From Sminthopsis crassicaudata (taxonomy: Eukaryota), in the NCBI RefSeq assembly GCF_048593235.1, contig NC_133622.1, forward strand, positions 236,003,198 through 236,062,805: DNA of 59,608 nucleotides, in the 5' to 3' direction. The notes under the pieces are model-generated. The model worked only from the letters and a program-made list of their open reading frames with translations, was not told the DNA's origin and did no database searches. This document shows positions 1 through 14,344 of this stretch, in pieces; the first letter of the stretch is position 1; every line of letters starts with the position of its first letter. The position numbers and the translations under genes were made by a program.

Positions 1-56
1 AGCTGAGAGAAGCTTTGTATGTGTACAAAGGCAGAAATCTGCTTCCCCTTCCTTCA

Positions 57-3064
<3,008 letters not shown>

Positions 3065-3853
3065 CTTCTCACCACAGCACCGAATGGTGGCGGATTCCCC
3101 GGCACTGAGAAGGACCAGCGTGGGCTGAGGAGCCGAGGGAGGGGCACGTTTGGCCACAGCCCCACATTCCGAATATAAAAAGCCCCTGACCCTCCCCGGG
3201 CCCCAGAGCTGTGGAAGCTGGGAGGGTCCAGCAGAGGGAGAGGCAGGAGGGGCTTCTCCAGGCCCAGCAGCTCCCTGTCCTCTCTGGTCCATGTCACCCC
3301 CTGCCACCCCCCGGCTTCTTCCACCCTGCTCCCAACTACCAGCCGGCGTACCTGGGCCTCGAGGCGGGAACCAAGGGCCTTCGGGGTCCGAGCTCCTTAA
3401 TCTGGAGGGAGGGAGGGGGGCAGTCAGTCAGGGCCGGGCCTGCTCCCCTGACACGGCAGCTGCTGCCCGAAGCGCCCGACGCCAGCAGGGGAATGCCAGC
3501 CAGGTCACATGATCTGGCCAGGATTAGAGGGTGGAAGGTGGCCAGAGAGCCCCACGCCCCCATTTCCAGGGGGCTCAGGAGAGAAAGGTCTCCCCCCCCC
3601 CAGGCACAGAGGGCCCGCTCCCTTGCCCAATGCCCACAAGACATGAGAACCAGTGACTCCTCCGGGGAGGACCATCCTCACAAGTTCCCTGGGTAAAGGA
3701 GAGCTTCAGAGAAGGACAAAATGCCCGGCCCCAGGCAGAGAGAGCCAAGGCCTGTTGGCGTTACTGGCTCGATGACAGGGACAATGAGCCTTCCATATCT
3801 AGTGCCTCAGCTTCCATCCTCAGAACAGCCCTGGGGGTCGGAGCTGGCATTAT

Positions 3854-3933
3854 CTCCATTTTACACGGGAGGAAGCAGAGTGCCACCCAGGCTCACATGG
3901 GAAAGGCAGGATTTGAATGCACGGCCTCTGACT
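3854..3933 (-). mobile_element. MIR-like core SINE fragment
   Basis: The motif ccattttacacgggaggaagcagag...ggcaggatttgaatgcacggcctctgactcc is typical of the MIR core, recognised by eye. Confidence 0.55.
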
Positions 3934-6240
3934 CCGGGAGGAGCGCTGTGCCCAACAAGCAGCATTCTCCCACAAATCCCCCTGACCCTGAAGTCTTGGC
4001 CGGCTTCTCCCCAGACATCCCACAACGGCCCCTGCTAACTCCAGGACAAAGTTCCCCATTACTTTCCCCTCTGTGGCGGGGCCTGGGGAGGGGCCCACGA
4101 GCCCCCCAGCCGTAGCCCCTGCTGGAGAACCTTCCAGCTGAGCAGCAAGGCCCGAAGTCCCTTCCCCCGGGTGGGGAGCGGCGGGGCCGGGTTTGGGGCC
4201 CGGGGCCTCTCACTCCAAAGCCGAAACCCTTTCCCCTACCGAGGTCAGCGGAAAACCAGAGAAACCTGTCTGTCCCGGAGCCAGGACCGGTGACAGCGCT
4301 TTACCTCCCAGAGCAGGGCTGCGGCCTGTGGGGAGCCCAGGCCCGCCCTCCCCAGAGCCAGAACGGGGCCAGGCCCCGGGCCGGGGGGTACCACAGAGCC
4401 CCGGGATGACACAAGGAGAGCCCGACTCCACTGACTCCACCTACAGACGGGCCGGGTGGGTGCCCGGAGGCAGCATCCAAGATCCCACCCTAGCCATTAC
4501 ACCCCACACACACCCCCGTCTCCCAGGCCCTGCCCCCCCCTTATGTCAGCTCCCCCGGCCCCCTCACCTTGCTGGGTTTACACACACAGGTCAGGGGCAG
4601 AGAACACACATTCCTTGAGGACAAACACTGAGGACATTTCTCCCCCTCACCCCCCCCCCAGATAATGGATCCCTGCTCTGGGACGGGTGGGGGGGCCTGG
4701 GAACGCGTGCCTGTGCCCACAGCTCGGCCAGGAGGCTGAAGGCCCTCTTCGGAGGACGCCCGCTCCCCGCCCGCCGTGCCCCGGTTCCTCACCCCGGGCA
4801 CTGTGACAGGGCCTTGAAGAGGCCTCTGGAGGGAGCCACCCTGGGCTCCGCTCCCCTCCCCCTCCCCAGAACAGAGCCCGCAGTGTGCTCGGGAGCTGGC
4901 GCAGCTCCCTCGGGCCTCTCACAGCAAACACTCAGCCCAAAGCCCGGGCACTGCCAGGGCCACAAACCCCCCTTTTCCCCACAGTCAAAAAAACAGAAAC
5001 AATTGATCTAGGGAGCTGCCCCCCACACTGGGCGACCCCTGGTCTGCAGGTCAGTCTAAGGCCCCACCTGCTCACCTGTGGAGCAGAGTGAGGGGCAGGG
5101 ATCCCCAACCCCAGAAAGGAGGGAGGGCTCTTCCCCTCAGCCTGGCAGAGGCCCGAGGCTGCAGCGCAGCTGCCCCTGCAAAGCTCCGGGGTATGGCCGC
5201 TGGCTGGAAGCCCCGGGTGAAGCCGGCATGAAACTCCCTGACCCCGCCACCAAAAGAGGGCAGGAGGGAGCGGGGCCTGAGCCGGAGGCCGGAGCTCTGC
5301 CCTTGGAGGCGCCAATCTGGCCCTCCCGGCTCCTCGGGCAGCCCCCACCCCAGCGGGGCCCCAGGGCTTCTCCCTCACTCTGGGGGCCGGGTGGCCTTGC
5401 CCACGCTGGGGGAGGGGTCCTGTGTTGGGGGTCGGGCCTGCTGGCATTTCAGGGCGGGGGGAGGGGGGCGGCGCCGGCGGGCCAGGCTTGCCTGCCCAGG
5501 GCCAGCGAGGCGGTGGCAGAGCAAGCCCCGGCACGCAGCGCGCCGAACGGTGGCAGCGCAGGGGGAGTGCGGGGCGCGTGGGGGGCTGCAGGCTTTGGGG
5601 GAGTGAGCGAGGGGGGAGAACGGCCCAGGGAGGGGCAAAACAAAGGGGCGCTTCAGGAAACCCAACCTGGCGGCCGCTAGCGACGCTGGCCCGGTGACGC
5701 ACTCGGAGGCCGGGGGGCGGCCGGGCCGGCCTGCCCACACCCCCTCCGGCGGCATCGGTGTCCATGCCTCAGAGCCCGCGCGGAATGGGGCTGGGGCCTG
5801 GCCCGAGGCTCCCACCGAGCGGCCCGAACTCGCTCAACTAGGTTGGGGGGGCCAGGCCCCGGAAGGAGCGCTCACCTGGGGGAGGGGGCGGCGGGCTCCG
5901 CCAGCCGGGTCCCCAGAGGGTCCCCAGCCCCCGAGCCAGAAGCGCGGCGGGGCGGAGCGTGGGGGCAGGCGGCCCCCGCCCCCTCTGGGGAGGGCATCCA
6001 GGCCCCCTCCCCCGGCCCTCCCGCCCCTCGGCTGTCGCCCCCCCCGCCGGGCGGGGTGGCCGGGGGCTCCCGGGGCGCGGGGGCTGCAAACTTCTGGGGC
6101 CCGGGCGGGGGGCGGCCCGCTCCTCGGCTCTCCCGCCGCAGCCCGCCCTGCCCTGCCCTGCCCAACCCTATGGAGAGCGGCGCCTGGCCGGGGCCGGCGG
6201 CCGGAGCCCGCCCGAGCCTGCGCCGCCTCCGCGCACTCAC

Positions 6241-6400
6241 CGTGTCCCTGGGCTCGGGGTGAGGGGGGCGGCAGCCGGGGGGTGGGGGTCCGCCGAGGCT
6301 CCCGGCCCGTGTCCTGCTCCTGCTCCAGCCGGTGCCGCTGCCTCCCGGAGCGCGGGGCCCTCCCCCGGGAAGCCCAGCCCACCGGCCCCGCCCCCGCGCC
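6241..6400 (-). other. PACSIN3: Candidate non-coding first exon of PACSIN3 (5' limit approximate)
   Basis: A perfect donor ACG|GTGAGT at 6240-6235 (- strand) lies inside the CpG island. There is no transcript evidence. Confidence 0.5.
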
Positions 6401-6769
6401 GCGGCCGGACCTGGAGCCGGGCCCCCCTCCCCCGGCCCGGAGCAGGAGGTCGCTGGTGCGGAGCACCCCGGACAGGGGGCCGCGGGGGGAGGGGGCGGGA
6501 ACGGGCCTCGGGGTCAGAGTCCTCGCGGGCAGCGCTGCCCGGAGTCCGGCTGAGATTTCAGGATCGCCTTTCTCCGGCCAACAGCGGAGCCGGGTCAGGT
6601 GGAGATCGGGGTGACCCGGGCACGGCCCCGCGCGGGGAGCCGGCGGGGGCCCGTCCCCGACACCCCGGGGCTGGCCGCTCCGGGGTCACCCCCAGTGCTT
6701 TCGGAACTCCGTTTCTGATGTGGCCCCTCTCCCCGCAGCCCTTCCCTGGCACCCCTCCGCCCCTGGCCG

Positions 6770-6779
6770 CTATTTATAG
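6770..6779. promoter_or_regulatory. MEF2 consensus site CTATTTATAG, also TATAAATA on the - strand
   Basis: Exact match to YTA(W)4TAR, an isolated AT island in GC-rich DNA. E-box CACCTG at 6805-6810. Confidence 0.65.
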
Positions 6780-7246
6780 CCCCGAAGTGATCCAGCAATG
6801 TGCCCACCTGCTCGGCACCCCCGCCCCCGCCGGGCCGGCTGCTCCCTCTGACCGCTCCCCGTCAGGACGGGGGCTGCTTGGCATTGACTGTGCTGCCAGC
6901 CCGGGGGGCGCTTGGTCCCGGCTACCCCGCAGGCTCCAGCCCCGGTGCGGGGCGCGGGGCTGCCCCCACCACACTCCCCCCGCAGCCCCCGTCCCCCCCC
7001 CGGCTCCCCCCCGCCAGCCCCGTCACCCCCCCGCCCCGCAGCCCCCTCGGCCTCCCAGAGCGGGCCGGGCAGGGGAGATGCTCGACCTGCAGTGGGGAAC
7101 CCCGTTATCCCGCCGCCAAAGAGCGCGCCCCGGGGGGATCGGAGAGAAGCGGCCGAAGTGTTCCCGGCCTCGCACGTACGCGGTTCCTTTTCTCCTCTCC
7201 CACGGCGGGTGTGGGGGGTGGAGTGAAGGGGAGAGGGGGCGTAGAT

Positions 7247-7256
7247 TTAAAAATAG
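7247..7256. promoter_or_regulatory. MEF2 consensus site TTAAAAATAG
   Basis: Exact match to YTA(W)4TAR. Confidence 0.5.
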
Positions 7257-8471
7257 CAAAATGATGTTGCTTCTAAATGCATCGGGAAGAGCTGCTCATG
7301 CTCCGTGAAAAGCCCTGCCGGGACTGCCCGCGGAAGGGGCCCGAGGCCGCCGGGAGACCCTCGGAGCCTCACTCCCAGGCGTCACTCGCCCCGGCTCGTT
7401 CCGCAGCGAGTTCTGCACATAATCCGGACGGGAGGCTGCTCTCTCCCACGAGGGCGTGTCCCGCAGAGTGTGGGTTATAATCCCGGTTTCTACTCCCACT
7501 CACCGCCGGTTAAAGCCCTCCCCTCCACACCTCGGGGTGCTGCAGCCCAATAAAACCCGAGAAGGAATCTGATCGGAGGGTGATGGGCCTTGGCTGATTA
7601 CATGGAAGAGCAAGTTGTCTGGGAGAATCCCTGAAATTGTGCATTTGCCCTCCGCCCGATGGCTCAGGCCTTTGGGCCCCGGGACAGAAAATAGAAAAAA
7701 GAGAGAAATAAACTTCAGGAGTAACCCAAGAATAATTGCACGGGAGCCCATTAAAACTTCATTTCAAAAAAAGCTACCAGAGCTCTAAAGATTTCGAGGC
7801 GCTCTACCCCAAAACAGGCCCCTGAGATGCAGCAAGTGGGTCACCTGGCCGGCCACCAGGGAAGCATTTCCCAAGCTCCTGAGCAGAAAACATCTGATTT
7901 CCCTGGGGTCCAAATCCGGCAACTGGAAGCTGGCAGGTCCCACCTCACTTTAATTGCCTCTGGGGTGCCCAGAGCACCAAGCGCATTAGGGCACTTCAGA
8001 ACAAATCCCCAGCCAGCGCTGACGAGATGGCCAGGAGTTCCGTGCTCCGAGGGCCGAGACCCAGGCCCCTCTTCTGTCCCGAAATGGCAGGGACTCAAGG
8101 GGCCTTGGGCGGGCAGGGGGAGTCAGGAAGCCTTGGGGTCCTGAATCCAAACCCAGGCTCACCACTAACCTCAAGTCGGTGCAGGCTGGAGTGACTGGGG
8201 GGGTGGGGGGAGGTTTTTGAGTTTTTTATCTGATTTTCTTTTCAAGAGGGAGTTATTTCTTTTGTAGAACACACACAGATACAGCTCTCCCCTGGACAAG
8301 ACACAAGTCATCTGTCCCAACTTGACCATCTGAGGGAGGAAACGCCAGGATTCCTCACTAGCCCCCCCCCTCCCATGTAGAATGGGTCATTAAGGGAAGT
8401 GCTTGCAAAATCCCAGGGAATCCTGCCTGGGAAAAATGGTCTGAAAATCATTGAAACTTTTCTAGAGGAAT

Positions 8472-8481
8472 CTATTTTTAG
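8472..8481. promoter_or_regulatory. MEF2 consensus site CTATTTTTAG (reverse complement CTAAAAATAG)
   Basis: Exact match to the classic muscle MEF2 element. Confidence 0.5.
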
Positions 8482-9063
8482 GTTAAAATGACTTGAGGAA
8501 CAGCAGATTGATGGCAGAAGGGTTCCGGGCCCAGCTTATTGGGACAATAGTGTCTGATTTGGGGAACTCGTCCAAGGGAACGATTTAGAGGGCTCCAGAG
8601 TCTGCTGATGTCACATGCCCGGGGTTCAGTCCAGGTATGAGCTTCATGGGTACCAAGGGGTTACCAGAAGACGTTCCAAGCCGTAGCAAGTCCTAAAATG
8701 TAGAATTCTTGCCTCTGGGTTATTTTGGCTGTTCCTTGTCCGTTTAAGACAAGTCTCGTTAGAATGGTTAGGGAGGAAGGGATCAGAACACTGAATCACC
8801 CTTGGGGATCTCAGGGAGCATGAACTCCACAGAGGAAGTGCCATCTGGTCATTTGCAGTCATTTGTGCCGGCCTCTCGGGTTCTCCAGGTCCGTGTCCAA
8901 CGGGCTGCCATCTTCCCAGGCCCATATTCCCAAACCCCGGACTGTGAGCTCTGGAGACCGAAATGGGGTTTGGTATGTTGGCAAATGGTCAGCCAGTGAC
9001 CATAATAACAGCTTACATCCATCGAGTGCTTCCAAAAAAGTATTTTATAATATTATCCCATGG

Positions 9064-9135
9064 ATGAATTCATCAACAAAAAGGCATTTATTAAGTGCTT
9101 ACTATGTGGCCAGCACCGGGGAATACAAGCGAGTA
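9064..9135 (-). mobile_element. L2 3' end fragment
   Basis: caacaaaaaggcatttattaagtgcttactatgtg is the reverse complement of the L2 tail. Confidence 0.6.
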
Positions 9136-9379
9136 ATAACTCCCCCTTGAATAATTTCTCTTATGTAAAATATAGTAATTGGTTCCATCCCAATAGAAAT
9201 ATGCAGTGTGGAATTGAATAATGTCACTGCTTCAGAGGAATAAATTAGGAAAACCAAGCTTTGGATAATCCAAGACAATCTCTGCCCTCAAGGAGTTTCT
9301 AGGCTAATAACTTTTTTTTTTCCTTTTTTCTCTGGTAATTGAGGTTAAGTGACTTGCCCAGGGACACACAGTTCCCAAG

Positions 9380-11430
9380 TATTAATTGTTCATCTTTTCT
9401 CTCTTACCAAGGGTTATAGACTTGGTCTATATCATAGTCTCCTTATTAACCTAGTGCTTCTTTTCTCTTAGATAATAGGACTAGGAATCCCTTGTCTGAT
9501 ATTTTTAAATACTTAAAACAAAAATACAAAGGATTTCAAAGGAAATCGAATCATCATGTGGTGAGAATATCTGTGTGATCCTTTGACGCTTCTTAAACTC
9601 CATTTTGTCTTTTGGGGTCCATCCTGCAATTTTAATTTGTGGGGAAGATTTACTAACTAGATTGTTGAATTCCCCATGCCTTGATCTCCCTCATTGCGTA
9701 TTTGCATTAGCCACCATCCTATACCATCAACATTGTGAAGATGGTGGTTAGACATGGTCAAGACCAAGTTAGAATATTGGGCAGTCTTGTATCTTGTATT
9801 GGGTGATAAGACCTATCGCCATTGAGATGCTTAAGGGGAACACCCTATTCTTAGAGGCAGAGGGGGAACACCCTCTCCCCATCCGGATAGTTGGGAGAAT
9901 GCCCTAGAAAACTGCCACTAACCTTAGTCTAGCCAATATTGTGACTTCCCCCAATCCTAAACTTGCTTTTGCTTCCATCCCTTTCAGAATCCTGACAATT
10001 GGGCCAATCAAACTGCTAGGGAACAAGTGAGGGGGTCCCTCCCGGTGGGATACAGTGTATCTGAAGTCTCGTACTGTCCCTGGTGTCTGGGTTTATGAAT
10101 CTAAGAGGTAGAATAGAAGTAGTTTCTACTGTATCAGTTATATGTGGGTACAGAAAGATGTATGTTTTAAGAATATACTGTTTTATTCAGGAGGACCCGA
10201 GTTCAAATCTAGTCTCAGACACAACACTTCCTAGCTATGTGACCTTGGGCAAGTCACTTAACCCCAGCCTCAGGGGGGAAAAAAAGAATATGCTGTTTTA
10301 TATAGAGAGTTTTATTTACATAATATTGTTTAAAAAAAAAAAAAACAAGTGATGTTCCCTGTTCCTACTTTAAAAGAATAATTGAAACAGTATATTTCTC
10401 TGAGGGAAACTAAAATTAAGAATATTATTAATTATTAATATTATGGTATTATTAATCCTATTAAGAATAGAAGGAGAATTCCCTTGTTGTTGAGGCTCTA
10501 GCTCTTGTCCTCCTTGGTGAGGGCTGAAATCCTGCCTGAGAATGTGTGGCAATCAGCACTCCTGGAGGGAAGGAAACTGGAGAAAACTCTTCCTTGTGGC
10601 GACCTGCCCTTGGATCCTGAATCACGGTGGCCTTAGTCATCGCGCTGGATTGCTCCAAGTTTGAGCAATCGTTTATAAGGTATGAGGAATTACAGGTGAG
10701 AATTCCCCAGGGAGACCTCTCTGGAGAGGAGGGGGCTGGCCCTGGAGCTCCGGGCCCCATTCCGGGTGTGGAAATGCAGCTGCCAGGAATCTTGCTTCTA
10801 GCTTGGGGCATTAGCTAACGAACTAAAGTAAGACATTCATGGGTGTGGCGGCTTACTGGGATTCCTTCGGAAGGGACAACTGCAAGAGTCCTTCTGGGAA
10901 GTTTATCAGCAGCACTTTGACGTGTATCAGACAGCAGTAGGTCCAATGGTCCAGTGATAAGGGGCACAAAGCCTAAATCTGGGCAGTGTCCTACAGGAGG
11001 GTAGGTGATCCCTGTGGAATGGAAGAACCGATCTCGTCGTGGAAACTGAGAAAAATCAAGCAGTCTAGGGACTGGCAATGATTACTCCATTGGTTAAGGA
11101 TTTGAGAAGGACTTTCTAGGGCATTCCCTCTAACTACTGACTCGTTAACCAGGATAGTCCTTCTCTGCCCTAACTGAGGACTGGGTGTCCCCCCCCCCCA
11201 GCATCTGAGTGTTGGTAAGGTCTTATCTCTAAGTGCAGGGTAGCCGCAGGACTGCCCAATGTCCTAACTCTGGACCACCTGGGCACTGATAATGGCCTCG
11301 TCCCAACGAACAAGGTCAATGAGGGTAACTGATCAGAATGTACAATGAGGGGAGGTTGAGTCAGGGAGGAGTTTGGTAAGTTGGCTAGTAAATGTCCACA
11401 GCAAATTAAAATGACATAGAGCTACAAGAT
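9380..11430 (-). mobile_element. Degenerate ERV-like / glycoprotein (env-SU-like) coding remnant
   Basis: ORFs 11078-10815 and 10811-10461 are in one frame, separated by a single stop. The region has a hydrophobic N-terminal stretch, Cys residues, N-glycosylation sequons and a Pro-rich segment. No database match was run. Confidence 0.3.
10187..10283 (+). mobile_element. 5'-truncated WSINE1-like SINE with target-site duplication
   Basis: Contains B-box gagttcaaatc and 3' end aaccccagcctcagggggg-A tail. An 18-bp TSD aagaatat(a/g)ctgttttat lies at 10169-10186 and 10284-10301. Confidence 0.85.
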
Positions 11431-11589
11431 GAGCACACAGCAATCTGCTTATTATGTACTGAAATATTGTTGTTTTTGATTTTTATGACATTTCTCACCT
11501 CCACAGCCATGACTTTGGTAAAGCCCTCCTTAACTAAGACTAGGTAGTCTACAGCAGCAACCTGGGGGTCGGACATCTCCCCTCAAGTC

Positions 11590-11935
11590 TCTTCCTAAAT
11601 CCATTCCTTCATCCACTCAGCTGCCAAAGGCGACTGTCCTAAAGCCCAAATATGACCATGCTATGCACCCATGTAGATATAAACCCCAGTGGCTCCCAAT
11701 CACCTCCAGGATCTTTGGGCACTTAAAGCCCTTTACTATCTGGCCATTTCTACCCTCCCAGTCTTCCTCCACGTCAGTCCCCTCTCTGATCCGGCTCCAC
11801 TGGCCTGTTGCTGTTCTTCACACAAGGTATTCCAACTCCTGACTCTGGAGAATGTGCAATGGTGTCTTCCCAGGCCTAGGACACTCTTCCCTACTCACCT
11901 TTGACTCCTTGCTTTGTTTGGCTTTCTTTAAGACT
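11590..11935 (+). mobile_element. L2 fragment
   Basis: cagctgccaaag...cctaaagc...tgaccatg...ccagtggctccc...aaagccc pattern of the L2 3' region. Confidence 0.6.
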
Positions 11936-11948
11936 CAACTCTAAGTGC

Positions 11949-12642
11949 TAGTACTGGGCTTATATCCCAAAGAGATCTCAAAGGAGGGAAAGGGATCTGT
12001 ACGTGCAAGAATGTTTGTGGCAGCCCTCTTTGCAGTGGCCAGAAACTGGAAACTGAGTGGATGCCCATCCATTGGAAAATGGCTGAATAAGTGATGGGGT
12101 ATGAATGTTATGGAATATTATTGCTCTGTAAGAAATGACCAGCAGGATGATTTCAGAAAGGCCTGGAGAGACTTACAGGAACTGATGCTGAGTGAAATGG
12201 CCAGTAACAGGAGATCATTATACACTTCAACAACAATACTGTATGATGATCAATTCTGGAGGATGTGGCTCTCTCCAATAATGAGGTGATTGAGACCAGT
12301 TCCGATGGTCTTGGGATGACGAGAGCCATCTGCACCCAGAGGGAGGACTGTAGGGACTGAGTGTAGATCACAACATAGCATTTTCATTCTTTTTATTGTT
12401 TGCATTTTATTTTCTCATTTTTTTTCCTTTTTGATCTGATTTTTCTTGTGCAGCAAGACAATTGTATAAATATATATATACATATATTTTAACATGTTTA
12501 ACATATGGATTACTTGCCATTAGGGGAGGGGGTGGGGGAAAGGAAGGGAAAATTTGGGACACAAGGTTTTGTAAGGGTCAATGTTTAAAAAGAAAATTAT
12601 CCATGCATATGTTTTGAAAACAAAAAACTTTAATTAAAAAAA
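11949..12642 (+). mobile_element. L1 3' fragment (ORF2 C-terminus + 3' UTR + A tail)
   Basis: Translation MNVMEYYCSVRNDQQDDFRKAWRDLQELMLSE resembles the L1 ORF2 end. It has a G-rich 3' UTR and an A-rich tail. Confidence 0.88.
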
Positions 12643-13542
12643 GAATGGTGGGTGGCCAAGGAAGGACACAGGGATGGTGAGTGGCTATTAGCCACGAGAA
12701 CCTTGTGAGGTAGGCCATGGTACATATAATGAAACTGAGGGAAATCTAAAGAATGCAGCAACTCGGCCAATGCACAGAGCTGGTACGGGGGCAGTGCCAA
12801 GCAAGACCTTGAAGGGAACACAATCCTATGAGTTCATATCCAAGACCCATTTTATTTCCCCACTGTACTGAGCTCTCATGCTCAGTATATTTGGCAATAT
12901 GCAGTCAAGCCTGGGGGTGTCTGCATCTGTTATGCCTGAAAATTTATAGAAAACTTGGTAAAAATGATAATTATGCTCTGAATCCTTCAGAGGTAGCAAA
13001 AGAACTTCCCTGTCATTCTTCATCCAACATGGCTCCTTACAGACTAACGGGTCATCCAACGCGTTACTATCGCCGTGATGGGTCTTGACAGTCTGTAATT
13101 ATGAAGTGCTCCCAGACCCGTGGACCTTGGACAAGCTACAGAACGAGAGTGATTCCCAACGTGCAGAACATTCGGGCTTTATCGTCAATATTTTTCAAGA
13201 TATTGCTATCCCCCAACCCCCCTAGCCTGTCTTTAAATAAACTCTGCAACTACTAAGCCAAGAAGCTTCCCGGCTTCCTTTTTCGGGCAGGGGCTTGGGT
13301 AGGAATCTTTTCGACAGGCGCTTGTCTCAGGTTCCCAGTCTCACCATGTCATACTGTGGACTCCGGCCAAAGTAGGGCGGTGGAAAGGGGAGTGGGAGGA
13401 GAGACTACAAAAGCATGAGGAGCTGAGATCTCACAAAGCCCCCTAACATGCAAATCATCCACCAGTACGTCTGTGATTAAGCAGCGTATTTCTGCCCCCT
13501 GTGCCATTTTTATTGTCCTTCTGACATGTGAAAATTAAACTA

Positions 13543-13727
13543 NNNNNNNNNNNNNNNNNNNNNNNNNNNNNNNNNNNNNNNNNNNNNNNNNNNNNNNNNN
13601 NNNNNNNNNNNNNNNNNNNNNNNNNNNNNNNNNNNNNNNNNNNNNNNNNNNNNNNNNNNNNNNNNNNNNNNNNNNNNNNNNNNNNNNNNNNNNNNNNNNN
13701 NNNNNNNNNNNNNNNNNNNNNNNNNNN
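13543..13727. other. Assembly gap (185 N)
   Basis: Run of N. Confidence 0.99.
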
Positions 13728-14292
13728 CATACACACACATATTTAGTTAATCTAACCAGGACAGTCCATATCACTAGGCAACAAGGCCTCTGCCAAAAGA
13801 GTTTTCTGACATCCTTTGGCATCTTCTGGCATCCTACAGTATTTCAAGAATAGCTAGCTAGCTTAATGTGCACGGAGGCTCATTTCCCACACTCAGCTGT
13901 GCGTTTGAAAGTTCCAAAGCTATCTAAAATTATAGATCTATGTATAGACTTGAGAATAGGAACTTCTTGAGGACAGGAACCAATGCCGTCTATTTGTGAT
14001 GAACGCTCCACAGCGTGGCAGAGCCAGATTTAATCATTTACAGATGATAACCAGGAATCAGGAAACAGAGAGCATGGAGCTAGAGACTACTCGATTTCAA
14101 TTCACTGCAAACCCTCCCAGAAATGCTCCAGGCAGTCATTTGCAAACCACTGAATGCCATGACTTTGTGCACACACACTGGAAGATGAATTTATGGGTGG
14201 TTTTGCAGACTCAGCTAAGAGCATCGTGGGTCAATAGGCAGCTTGAGAAAAACTGGAATCATGTATCAGCATGTACCAGGAAAAAGATCTCC

Positions 14293-14344
14293 CTTTTTTT
14301 TTTAATTATCAAAATATATGTGTATGGATGATTTTCGACATTCA
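14293..14344 (-). mobile_element. 52-bp 5'-truncated retrotransposon (L1-tail-like) insertion with 16-bp TSD
   Basis: A perfect direct repeat caggaaaaagatctcc lies at 14277-14292 and 14345-14360, with poly-T at the left end of the insert. Confidence 0.75.

Larger units (their letters stand above)
5380..7480 (-). promoter_or_regulatory. PACSIN3: CpG island / PACSIN3 promoter region
   Basis: Very high GC and CpG density with many GC boxes, upstream of the first coding exon on the - strand. Confidence 0.85.

Noticed and set aside
5959-7308. 449-aa ORF and the many other long ORFs in the PACSIN3 CpG island
   Set aside because: They are Pro/Gly/Arg/Ala low-complexity translations, open in several frames on both strands. 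This is an artefact of stop-codon scarcity at very high GC.
10627-10818. ALDCSKFEQSFIRYE as an RNA-virus polymerase motif A
   Set aside because: It is a short ORF with stops on both sides and no motif B or C at proper spacing. The opposite strand has the longer open frame.
12828-13088. NMAPYR...RYYRRDG as bornavirus nucleoprotein-like
   Set aside because: Only a few scattered identities, not enough without a profile search.
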